Source of the DNA: Oopsacas minuta
Taxonomy: Eukaryota > Animalia > Porifera
Assembly: GCA_024704765.1 (NCBI GenBank)
Contig: JAKMXF010000344.1
Coordinates: 77,276-141,275, forward strand
Length of the DNA: 64,000 nt
Direction: 5' to 3'
Both the position numbers and the translations under genes were made by a program. Shown here piece by piece: positions 1 to 12,109 of this stretch (position 1 is its first letter; the number at the start of each line of letters is the position of its first letter). The notes beneath the pieces were generated by a model, which made no database searches, was not told the origin of the DNA, and saw only the letters and a list, made by a program, of their open reading frames with translations.

Positions 1-88
1 GTTCTATATAATTGCACTGAGAAATACTAGCTTAGAACTGCTATTTCATTAAAAATATACAGTGATTAGTATATATTGAATGCCCCTG
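1..88 (-). mobile_element. Terminal 88 bp (5' TIR end) of a mariner copy, cut by the window edge
   Basis: 1-88 is identical to 35780-35867, the end of the mariner at 34535-35867. It ends in ...tgcccctg followed by TA (89-90). Confidence 0.9.
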
Positions 89-1191
89 TACTAGCATAAA
101 TTACAACACATTCACTTTTTGGAATGCTTTTGAGTTAAGCGACACAATTAAAGCTTAGATTATGTGGTTGTTTGTGGTCAACATTTTTATCGCACAGTGC
201 AGTGTAACTTGAGTACAATTTGCCCAAAGGTATGTAGATTTTCATTAGTAACAGTAAACCATAATGGTATCAAGTTACTATCCACAATTAACTCTACGAG
301 TAGTACGTACATTCAAATTCATGTACTATGATCATTGCATTTTTGGGAATTTTGGTCAAATCATGTACAGCTACAATATAACCTAAAGCCCACCATACAC
401 GATGCAATTTTGTTGCATACAACAGTTGCAATCAATCAAGTTGCATTGTGTATGGTGGGCTTAGCAATGCACGTATTTCCTATGGATATTCCTTTAGCCA
501 ATTTGAAATATATTTGGGAATCAGTGCTGGAACCTAATTTGCACAAATTACCTTATAACCACACTGACTTTAGCAAAGAATGTTTTAATTATGAGCAAAA
601 TATGTTAACTTGGAACATGGGCGAGGGCTGGTGTGGCAAACAAGGGCATAGATCCATAAATTATGGGACGAATCTTAAAATCTTGTAATTTGGTACGGAA
701 ATCATCGTTAAATTACCGTACATCATTACGAATTATTCAAAAGTGTGGGGACACTTCCTCTTCGGTCCCCCCGGGATTTACGCCCATGCTAGCATGTTAC
801 GCCACTGCGTATCCGGATAATTACTGTAGATCTATACTGTGGACTGTGAGGCTTGTCACAGACCTCTAGAATCATTAAGTAAGAAGCCGCATGGACAGAT
901 GTACTAAACAACTAATGTGTATCACCAACAGGGTTAATTTACGATGTCAACAGTACTGAAATGCATTTTCATTCATCTTAGTCAAGGATGTGTTTATCTA
1001 AGCTACAAATGAATCCTATTTAAGATATCTTTGAAATGTACTTGATGATTATTTAGCAACATTAATGGTGCATAACACCTATTGTTTTGATAGTTGGATG
1101 TGGTCCAAATGGTATTTTTTGGCTAGATGACGCCAAGACCTACCTTTTCTTTTTAAATCTAAGTGATGTGAATTATAGTTTTTGAGATATA

Positions 1192-2525
1192 ACGGGTGAG
1201 CACTAAAAATTAGACAAATTTCATCTTGTTTGAGCATGTATCAATTATCAACAAAGTATTGTATAATTCGATCATATTTGTTTAATTATATTTTAATTTA
1301 GCTAGAACTCAATGGATCGCTGCTAATGGGCCATTGTCTGCAGATTTTCGGATATTCGTCTTGACACTTGAAAATAGCCTTTGGACAATTGAAAATTCCA
1401 CTTGCCTGATTGATTTCCGAATCCTTTGCTTCAACATTCTGAAGGATTTAGCTTCCCACCCACCTTCATAAACTTTGGATTTCAAATAACCCCAGAAATC
1501 CTCAATTGGCCTTAATTGAGGTGTATTAGGAGGGTTAGCAGATTTTGGAATATATGGGATATTTAGATCTTCAAAAAGTTTAAGCGTATCTTTCGCATAA
1601 TAGCTACTTGCTAGATCAGGCCAGAAGTAATATTTACCCTCATCATGAAACTTTTCTAAGAAAGGAATTAGATGCTTTTTTATGCATTGATTTCGGTAAA
1701 TTTCGCCAGTAATTGAAAGATTCCGAGGACAAAAGCATGGCTCTGATATGCCTTCTTTAGAAATTGCTAACCAAATTAAAAGTTTAGGTGGGTACTTGGA
1801 TTTACGAATATAACTGATTCTAGGATTCAGAGACTTGGCTGAGAGAGATTCTGAAATATAATAACCCTTATTGACATTGATATTATCATCCTTTAGTCCG
1901 AAATACGATTCGTCATCCATTACAATTTGAGTTGTGCTTGAGGGGGGAAAAAAGTCTCTCCGTAATTTTAGACACCTGGACCTAGCCCTCAATTCTTGTT
2001 CGGGTTTGCTATCTGGGACTCGCTTACGTTTACGATATGTAACACCATTCTCTTTGATAATCTTACGAACATATGATTGAGAGGTATCGAATTTTCGAGC
2101 CATTTTTCTGGTGGAGACTCCTACTTTATTGCTAATTTTCACAAGAGAGATCGCCGGAGCCTCTTGGGCATTTTGACAGACTTGCGACCGCTACCCAACT
2201 TCCTGTTTAGGGTTCCTCTATTCTTGATAGTAGAAATGATGTTGTAGATAGTAGATCTTGCAATTCCAAACGCCAAAAAATGCTTAACTGTATAAGAAAT
2301 CCCATGGTCATAATTTTCACGAAAAAATTGTCCAATAATGTGTCGCCTTTGTATCACTTTCAAATGATCCATCTCCAGATGCTATGTTCTAAAATAATCG
2401 AAAATGGTTTGAATTTGAAATCTATATACAAATAATGCATTGGTGAACAAAGATTTATGAATTTGTAAATATCTCGTTGTTATGGTGAACTATAAAATAT
2501 GTCTAAAATTTTAGTGCTCACCCGT
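1192..2525 (-). mobile_element. Full-length IS630-Tc1-mariner element, ITmD37E-like (DD37E)
   Basis: ~25-bp TIRs (acgggtgagcactaaaa...agaca) with TA on both sides (1190-91, 2526-27). Transposase motifs are VMDDESYF, FWPDLASS and NPPNTPQLRPIEDFW. I count 37 residues between the second D and the E. Confidence 0.9.
1309..2372 (-). pseudogene. DD37E transposase split by one frameshift
   Basis: ORFs 2139-2372 and 1309-2142 join as ...KRLRRSLVKISNKVGV if 2 nt are removed from a short (TC)n run near 2140-2150. Confidence 0.85.
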
Positions 2526-3366
2526 TACTGTGTGATCAGCTTTCGCCCCTTTGGGAACCAGGTCACACCAGGTTTAAATTGACCGTTCTTAATAGTTACA
2601 ACTATAAATTACGCAAACTAATAAATTTAAAGAAGAATCAATCAACTGACGAAAGCGTTAATAAAACCGCAAGATTGACTATATGTGCATTCCTATGGTA
2701 GTTTGTTAGAATTCATCAGCATTATTTCAGTATAGTGGCTAATACAATTTTCTTCATATGATTTAGCTTATTTAGGAGATTTTTCGTAACTTCGTCAGTT
2801 TTCATCAGATTTTTGAGTTCTAAAGCTCTATCAGCTTCTCTCAACGAGTTCTTTAACGGTACATATAGGGATCTTTGACCACATTAAATAGTTGGGGGTG
2901 TCGGATTCTATAGTTGTACCTCTATTATTGGGATCAATAGTTCAATACAATATGTATACCTATGCTGAAGCTAGAATAGCAATAATTATATTAATTATGT
3001 GAATGCGTACATATGAAATTCAACCTAATTCAGATAGTAATAATATACAGTAATTTTTGTGAGGTAATTTCCCAAACTTGTAGTTCTACTTTTTCTACAT
3101 CATATTGAATCGATTCATTTTCAATATCAATTTTTGAATAGCCTGTTCTAATTGTATATGTTTGATGTCACAGCTTCATCCAATTTCATGTTAAATTTGC
3201 ATCTGAGTATACAATCAGCAATATATTGGGATTATTGATAATTTTAGTTCTCTTTCATTTTTCTGAGCCAGCCACATGGTCCATGGCTTTATATTACGTA
3301 TTTCACCTATTGTGTTTTATGTTCTATTTCAATTCTTTTAGTTTCAGCACTTTCGTTGATTTTCTT

Positions 3367-3723
3367 ATGTCTGGGGCTTTTATTCGTATTAAACTTATTG
3401 AAGTGAAATTTCCGCTTTTGAAGTACAACTTTTTAAATGAACCTTCTCCTTCTGTGAATATAAAAGAAAAGGAAAACACTCCTGGTGGTTTTGAATACAT
3501 TCAGAAAAAGAAAACTTTCTTCCCTGATTGGGGACGTTGTTTTGATTCTCATATACATGAGGGTAGGCGAATGCAGATTATCATCATGGATCCTCCGGAA
3601 ACTCCCGTTTCTCAAGTTACAGTGGACCTAACTACGCTCGCTGAACACTACCGTTCTGACTCAACTGGTAATGCTGTTAAACTTGCGCTTGATCTTACAC
3701 CTAGTGGGCAAATAATTATTCAG
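3367..3723 (+). CDS. PRKCD: Novel PKC (delta/theta type), coding exon with the C2-like domain
   Basis: MSGAFIRIKL...IQKKKTFFPDWGRCFDSHIHEGRRMQIIIM...PVSQVTV...LDLTP matches the recalled PKC-delta N-terminus (FLRI...[29 protein letters not shown]...PVSEVTV...LDLQP). 357 nt, ending CAG|gtaatt in phase 0. The ATG position is inferred from homology. The symbol means delta/theta-like; orthology was not tested. Confidence 0.88.
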
Positions 3724-4162
3724 GTAATTATTTTCAAATTCATTCATTTACTATCTGACTATACTGACTGTTTTTTGGGAGTTATATCTGACTATGTAAT
3801 TGTTTTGCGTGGCTCGGTCTTATTCAGTGTTTGTCTATATTTATAGATATTTGAAACCCTAAAATACCACTCCAATTATGTTTTTGAATATTGTCCGCTC
3901 TTCTTTTTATCTCGTCCTCTTTGAAATAATACTTCCATCGCGGATTGCAGACCATTAACTTTTGTTAGTAGGTTTTAGTGACCCTTTGGAACCTTAATTT
4001 TTTCCCTGAAATATCTAAAAGGCTATTCTTTTCCTCTGTTTGTCAGAAGTTACCCCATTTTGTTTTATTTTACTGGTTCCAAGTCCGAAAGTGCTTAATA
4101 TATTTGGCCATTTGGGCTACTCTTAAGTGGGCTTAAGTCGCCCAAAAGCAATTTGATAATTA

Positions 4163-6452
4163 CACTGGTCAACACGTATTTTGGTGACTTGGAAGTTTGA
4201 CTTTTTAGGGATATTTTGTACATAGATTCGTAAAATGCCCTCAACTTTGATCAGTCAGCTCTTGTTTTTAAATATATCCTCTATTGACTTAAAATAATTA
4301 ATTACTATAATATATCATATACGAATATATATGTCCAGAATTATTTGCTATGAGCATAAACGTTATCACAAGAATAATACTTTACACAGAAAATTCTATG
4401 AACAGTAGAAACAATAAATCAACGTCTAAAAAGCGTCTTTCCGGAACACCCTTAAGTGAGATTTGCCTGAACAATCTCGCTGAAGACTCCAGCAGCAATC
4501 TCTCATCATGTGAATTTCCCACCTTCCCTGGTACCGCCCTTCCATTACCTTGTTGTCTTGATGGAACCTTTCTCCTTGTTCTTCACTTAGGTCACCCAAG
4601 GTTTTTCCGGGAAATGATCTAAACGGTTATAGAGGTAATGAATCTTGATGCTCATCTTGCAGCCAAGATTATTGAATTTCGAGAGTATGTTGCCTACCAA
4701 TTCAGCGTAGTTATCTGCTTTGTGGTTGCCCGAAAGATTTTGGGTAACTAATACAAATGCGGACCAAGCTCCAGATTCAGTGTCATTATGAACCTAATAA
4801 AACAGATGTCTTTAATGTGCTTTCTGATCTTGTGGCCATCAAATATTCCAGCTATGAGCTTTTCAGTGCTAAGTTCAGGAAATGAACTGCATAGGTAATG
4901 GAAGCAGGAATCATCTTTATTCAGAGCTTTAACGAACTGTTTCATGAGGCCCAGTTTGATGTGCAATGGTGGAAGAATGATCTTTCCCTGTTTGTAATCA
5001 GAGGTTTGTAATTCTGTTCATTTCTCCTACTACCATATTCTTTCTCAAGGGCCAATCTTTTCTTGTGCAGTGGTTATTTCTTGCTCGGCTATCCCAAACA
5101 CAAAGGAAGCATGGATATTTTGTGTGCCACTTTGGTGGTCAATGAGGAAATTAACCATCTTTAAGTCAACACAAATTACCCATTGGTGAACATGATTTTT
5201 CAGTTTCTCCCTAACCAGTTTGATTGACTCATACTCCTCCTTCATACTGGTTGTGTAACCAATTGGAATAGAAGCATATTTGTTCTGATTATGGAGCAAA
5301 ACACATTTCAAACTCCTAGTAGAACTGTCGCTTACAAGGCACCATTAATTTGGCCTGTATTCTGGTACCCCCATTTCTTCTAAATGAACTCCAACATCAT
5401 TGCACCAAACTAGGCTGTAGTTGTTGGAAAATCAAGTCAGTAAAGACTGCTCTCTGTTACGATAATATGTAATCTTGGTTCCAAGATGAAGTAAAATTTT
5501 GTCATTCAACCTGGATGCCAGTCCTTCAGAGAATTCTTTCAAGAGGTCGAGATCCCTGATCAGATCATTTAATTCGAGTTGATCAAACGGTGGAGGACCA
5601 TCGATGAAGTGTCTTCAAAATCGCTATTACTTGAATTAACTTCTGCTTCATGAAGAATATCTGAATCATTTAGATGAAGGTTAAAAGGCGAAATGGGCAC
5701 CTCATCTGAGTGTGGAACAGGTCATCTCGCTGACTCTAGGTCAGGATATGTCTAATTACGCTTATGCTTACAATTGATGCCCTTGATGTTGACAATACAG
5801 AAGTAACAATTATCATAATGGTTTTTTGTTTCCCTCCAAACCATTGGTACACCAAACTTAAGACTTCTCCTCTTACAAGCAGTCCATTGCCGCAGGTTCT
5901 CCGTACAAGTTTTAGATACTGTGTCCGGGGCCATAGTTTATCTTGATCCCCAAGCCTGACACAAAATAAGCAAGATATGCCTTCTTAACAAAGTGAGAAA
6001 TAAGTCTTCGCTTTTCTCTCATAGTATAGCTACCACAAATATAGCAGAATACACTTGGGTTATTCAAACAACTTCTTCGTGACGAAGCCATGTAATACAA
6101 CAATATCTACTTAGTATTTGAAATGGAAATCAATATTATATGATAACAATTATATCCATAAAATTAGGCATACATGATATGGTTCTAGAATGAATGAAAG
6201 ATGCAATATTTCAAGACTTAAGTCAGGCACAAAATTGTTTTGATTTACTAAAGAAAGATGATTTTATTATGGTAATATCCCAACTTTAGCCTACATTAAA
6301 TGCGAATCAGTATTTCAGGAAATATATTGATACTCAAAACTAGAGCTGATAGGTGAAAACCGATCGTAGTATTAAATCAGCAAATCAAATATACGCTATA
6401 ACAGGGCTAAATTCTGAGCCACCAAGAATGTTTTCATTTCTGTTGGGTTGTG
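4163..6452 (-). mobile_element. Chapaev3-type DNA transposon, decayed (copy A)
   Basis: Ends CACTGGTCAACA and (reverse complement) CACAACCCAACA, with TTA on both sides. Transposase fragments: FCYICG, FGVPMVWRE..NHYDNCYFC, HIKLGLMKQFVKAL, SEEQGERFHQD. Confidence 0.8.
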
Positions 6453-6849
6453 TTATAGGAATTTTGTACGAACTTGGATTTATGCCTTTTATTGATTTTG
6501 TTTGCCCTATGACTAATAAGCTTTTGTATTTTCTAATAATCAATGTATATATTCCCGCATGTATACTTGGAAAATCAACCTACTGTTCTTTCTTGAAGTG
6601 TTTTATATATTTTGGCTTACCAAAGGTGTATGGCAACCGAGCTTAAGCCTGACCTAAGCCGTTTTGTACAAGCTTTTGAATAGGGCTTAATCTTAAGCTC
6701 TAACCACCCTTGGGTTTTAAATCTATTCATTTATCATGGACATTGGTTTTTTCTCTTCTATTTTATAATAATCCCCTCGGGGACGCTCCATTTGTCAGAA
6801 TTTTGAAGTTGTCATTTGTCCGGATCTCGAGTTCTGACTTTGTCAGAAT

Positions 6850-8450
6850 GGTTTCACTTTGATCTGATTTGGATGAATAAATTTTGCATTTTGGTTTACT
6901 TATTACTTAAATGTCAATCATTACTATTTGACTCAAAATAAATAACTTTGCGAAAAAACGTATTTTGATATGATGTCTTGCCTATTGAGTAGGTTAGCTA
7001 GTGAATATATGGAGCATATCCTTATCGTAGACCGACATATCGGACAAGGTTTTATAGAAAAATATCCTTGATATGATCAATATATAATGTAGAAAAGTTG
7101 CAAAATGATGATAGAAAAGGCGGGATTTAAAGCTAGGACGGGTTCATGGCGAGATATTTCTTGGATTAGCTCTCGATTTGGTTATATGAGTAATTGATCG
7201 GGGATTTTATTACAAACTAAATAGTGATCGATTATTTTTCTTCTATTGGTTATGTCATGGTTTTGAGTGTGAGATATGATTTTTTAATGAAGGAGATGTA
7301 GAAGTAGACAGGGTTTTAACTATCATTAGTGTTGTTGGAACTGACTGTAATTGTGTCTACATGTATTTATCTATGGATAAATTGGTACTTGAGATTTTTT
7401 CGCATTTTTATTCTGTTCTAACAGTTTTTCTTGTTTTTATAGTAAATCATTCTTTTCCCAGCAATTTTCGACTAATTTGTGTTACAACTGAATGCAAAAA
7501 TTTCTTCTCCCATATCTGAGCACAATAACCTTGATATCAACCATTTTACATAGTCAACACGCGATAAATTCTATTTTGACGTAGTTAGAACTCGATATAT
7601 CCCATTCTGACCAATGAGGTCTTCAAAATTCTTACAAACGCATCCGCCCCATCCCCTCTCCAACCAAACGAGTACTGCTTCAAAGAATGAATAACCTACA
7701 TTCAAGCAGGCATCGCCACTAATCCAGACTCCCTCAAACATTCAAGATGTGCCTCTTAATCACCTAAATAATTTCCAGTGTGATCTTCTAATCCACATCC
7801 ATGCTTAAAATTTTATATGTTTGATAAGGAGCCTTATTAATTGGGAGTAATTTCCGACAACACAACTCTATGAAGGATGGTGTTAATGAATTTTTGAGTT
7901 ATTCTGAAAATTTTGCCTTTTAACTCCCTATTGTAGTAATATTTCTTCTCACTCAGATGCTATATTGCTATCCGAGACAATTCATCAATGTCTATTTGGA
8001 TTCCCGACCTGTATTATAATATCAAGATTGATTGAAGCAGAATGTACAACCATATGCCAACAATCTACCCTTTGTTGAACTACAACCAGGGTAGATTATT
8101 TGTATATGTTAATGCTTTGGGCCAGATTGTCTCTGATAGTTCCTCATTTTGGTAGAAAATTCTCACATTTTACCTTATTATCACCTTTTTCTATTGTCAA
8201 GAATTTCAGAATTATTCACAACTCTGCCAGACTCTGATATAGGAAGATAATAAGACATGGGAAAATTATTACAGATCAATGGCTTACTATAGATACCGCT
8301 TGCTAAGCAAAGAATTGCCCAAATAATTTCCAGGCTGTTGATAATATTGAAATTGATCATGAAGAATTTCACAAATCGTCATGAATTCAACTATTATTAG
8401 GTTATCATATCCAGCGGAGACATCTAGAACACATTTGAGAACGATTAGTT
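6850..8450 (-). mobile_element. Possible heavily decayed Gypsy-like pol remnant
   Basis: Only short frame-broken fragments, e.g. HLECLRESGLVAMP near 7700-7760, resembling the RT thumb-proximal motif. No LTRs seen and boundaries are approximate. Confidence 0.3.
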
Positions 8451-9621
8451 CGTAATTCTAAGGGTTTACCACAGCGTTATAGTTATTTCTTAGATCCTGT
8501 ACACCTTCGGACGAGACTACCCGGTCTCAGAGCCTAGATTATCTTAATACCATGCAATTTAGTGGTTAAAAAGTGTATATTCATTCATGCCCATCCGTAG
8601 CCGGAAATTACATTCCTAAAACTATCCGAAACTCTGATTTCACGAACTGCTGATTTACTTTCTTTGATATCTGGAAACACACAGTTCTCTTTAATAATTT
8701 TTTTTCGCAACGTGTTTTGTGGCACCTGGTTTCACCTTCAGCCAGGTAATGTCGACCACATGCCCCCAATTTCGTAAGATTGTTATGTCGGACTTAAGGG
8801 CAATTTTATAATCGCTTAACTCCGCGCTGGCACTTAATCCTTTTATTGATAAGCTTCAAGTCCTTTTAAGCAAGAAATATGATTACGCTTGTTGTGTACA
8901 TTATTATCAAAATATTCTGTATTATCCTAGATAATGGATATAGTGATAATATACACAGTAAACGGAGAATTGTCCATTGCTTGAGCTTACGCCCATTTAC
9001 CAGGAGTTGGCTTCGACTTAAGCCCTTTAAAAGGTTTTGGCTCCACATCAAAACAATATTGTTATTCTACTGTATATTTATTTTTCTAATAGTTTACTTA
9101 TTTATTCATATAAACCTAAAATGGGATGAAAATTTTGGATTTTGGTATCTAAAAATGGGTATACATGTTCATTATAATGCATCTACGGGCCCGCCGGAAT
9201 CCCCTTTGGCCTTGATTGGCTGCCCGTTTCTGATTGTAATTTGCCTTCCCTCTAGTTAGATACACCCTTAATTCCTATAAAAGGTATTATTATCCAAAAA
9301 ATCTCTGTATTTTCCACTGGTCAGAGGTACAGGCAGATTTCACGTGATAGAATTTCAAATCATAGGTACCCATCAATCTTCTTTCTCAAGACTTCAAGAT
9401 TTTTCTCGCTATAATTTGCGGTACCTTAGATATCCGTTATAATGTTCTAAGACCTATTACAGTTGAAATCTGTTTTTGTAACCAGCTTTTGTTGACTCCT
9501 TGCATGTATTTGCTTCTCCATATTTCATACCATATTCATCCGCTCTTTGCTTATAGTTTTTCCTCTTATCTCATCAATTTTGCATTCCTAATATCTGATT
9601 TCGATTTAGGTACCTAAAGCC

Positions 9622-12019
9622 CACAGTGTGGCATCATCTAGAATTAACCAAATTTTTAGTGGTCTCATAACTATCTATATAGTTCTAATATTGTTCAAGA
9701 GTCTGTCGAGAATACAACTATATTGTGTTTACTGTGGTTCAGCTTCTATTTGTGAATTTAAATTCTCATTGTCTAATGACGTAATTTTATAAGGTTTCAA
9801 AACATTTTCCGAACTATAATTACGTTATCATAAATTCTAACAGTAGATGCAATCAAATGCCTACTTGCAAGTAATTCAATTCGCGATTCATTTATAAGAA
9901 TTCCCTATCATAACTTTGAACATTAATACCTCCCAAACTTAATAGAAATTTTTGAGAGAACTCTTTTTCGAAACCCCGAAAATTACCAAATTTCGGGATG
10001 TATTTCGACATACTCAGAGGTAGATTTTTAAATGGGTACAATATGGGGGCCTCTATATTTTTAACAATGTTAAAGTACTGTACTACCCTTAATTTTATAC
10101 AATTTTTAGCGCCCCATTCCCCACCCATTTCGAATTTCAATCCAAATTTCCCTGAGATCGGCTGAATTTCAAACTTGTGTTATTTATCCCATTATTGATA
10201 CTTACTAGACAATACTTCCTTCCACTAGTTCAATGGATAAAACATTTATTTCACAAAAAGAAGCATATGATATTTATAAATCACATGGTTGGAATTGTTC
10301 TGGTGCAGCTCGTCAGATAATTGAAATTCATTCCTTGTCAGATGATCTGTTTGAAACTATTCGTTGGAAATTAAGAAATCTTCGAAAATCCAGAGATCAT
10401 TACCAGAAGATTTACAACTTAAATGTTTGGGAGGGTATGGAGTTTTATTCAGTCACTACTTGTAACTCTGGATCACAAATGTCGATTGACACAGTCGATT
10501 CTATCCCTGAGCAGCACTCATTTATTGAAGAGAATGTAACAGAGATTAGAAAACCATTATTCAAACTCACAATGAAAGCTGCTTGAAACCGTTTGAACGT
10601 TTTGCTAAAGCATATTCAGTTCGTTGCCCAAAGGGAGCAGGTTGACGAGAAGAAAGTTGCTGCTTTAGCTCTGGAATTAATTTCTAACCAGGAATATGAT
10701 CGAGAAAGCAGTCTGCTTAATTGCGTTGAAGGAAAATCACGAAAACGTTAAATTTATTATGGATACACTCGTAAATCCGGCAACTAAATTAATTGTAGAA
10801 CAAGGAATTGCAGTTGAAAATCGTCACACAAATGTAGAAATTATTCGATCTATATTTGATACCAAAATGGCAGGTCTATTAGATGAAGCGGGTGGTGCAT
10901 CATGTCATCTTTGCACGGCCACAGGAAAGGAAATCAATAGTTTAGAGTGGGCCAGATCAGGTTTTCCAATTAATAGATACATTACTGATGCTAATCAACT
11001 ATTTGACGATATTAATGAGGACGAAATATTTGCCCTACCTTCCAAAAAACGCTGTGGCATTACCCACCACCCTACTTCCGAAATAAACATCTTAGCAGCT
11101 TCTCCATTGCATGCGTATCTCTGTGTCTTTAGGTGGTACATGTTAAACATATATGACTTAGACGCAGGTTGTAAAAAGTGGTCACCTACATGCACAAAAG
11201 TACAGGATTCTTTGAAACGAATAAGATCAATTATAGATGCCAAATGTAGTATCAAAATCGATATTCCTTCTAGTCAAGGGGGGACTTCAACAACTGGCAA
11301 TGTTGCACGAGACTGTTTTCGAGATAAAAGAGATTTCTTCAGATGCGCTACCTCCACTATAACCCAGTTGATAAACCAACCCTTAAAATGATTCAAAACA
11401 ACCTCTCGGTGATTTTGAGGATAGTTAACAGCAAAGACCACATTAATTGTCATGGTCTTGAAAATCTTTGCAAGGAAACGTATGAATTGTTTTGAATCAC
11501 TTTCCTTGGGTAAGCATCTCTCCCTCTCTTCATAAACCGCTTGCTCATTGTTTTCAAATAATTTATTGCTATAATCATGGTTATGGACTACAAAACCTTT
11601 CTGAAGAATGCTTAGAGGCTTGCAATAAGTATGTCAGAAGGTATAGAGAAAATTTAGCAAGAAAAACATCCTTTTCTGACAACTTTCGTGATATTTTAGT
11701 CAGACTTTTGTGCTTCAGTGACCCTGTATTGGTTTTAAATCGTCACAAAAGTATCAGAAAGGCTAAATCAAACGAAGATAGCATGCTTGAAACATCTGAA
11801 CAGGATACCCTTGATGAATCCCTGATAATCTATTAAAATTATGAATTAGTGATTTTAGTGATGACGTCATCCTCACATATTTTGAGTGAGATAATTAAAA
11901 ATTTGACTTGTCCAGTGAAATGTACGGGGTCGATTTCATATATAAATATAATACAAATCTTATCGATTTGAAGTTACAATTTGGCTAATCCCTCATTTTC
12001 GCCTTTTTGCCACACTGTG
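9622..12019 (+). mobile_element. Transib (RAG1-core-like) transposon, internally deleted
   Basis: Both ends begin CACAGTGTGGCA. The 5-bp TSD is AAGCC (9617-21) / AAGTC (12020-24). Motifs: IFDTK, CHLC, SPLHAY, TGNVARDCF, LHKPLAH, SEECLEACNKYVRRYRENLARK. Confidence 0.9.
10233..11836 (+). pseudogene. Transib/RAG1-like transposase pseudogene
   Basis: One in-frame TGA (10584-86), frameshifts near 10700, 11370 and 11490, and loss of the region that should carry the first catalytic Asp. Confidence 0.85.
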
Positions 12020-12109
12020 AAGTCATGGTCAAAAGTAGAATCATTTAGTTAACTAACGTTTTCTCCATTTTTGGGAAATTCTAGATGAATATGGTGGTTC
12101 ATATACATA

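Noticed and set aside
3226-3366. Hydrophobic N-terminal extension of the 206-aa ORF
   Set aside because: PKC homology starts at the Met at 3367. The upstream part is T-rich sequence that translates as hydrophobic by composition, and the part after 3723 is intron.
4080-9040. Recurring GGGCTTAAGTCG / CTTAAG motifs at ~4130, 6640-6710, 8790 and 9015
   Set aside because: Likely subterminal repeats of fragmented elements. Spacing is irregular and no structure could be established.
9641-9649. True RSS nonamer 12 bp after the left heptamer (GAATTAACC vs ACAAAAACC)
   Set aside because: Only 5/9 match in AT-rich DNA, with no equivalent at the right end. The shared ATTARCCAAATT motif is better supported.
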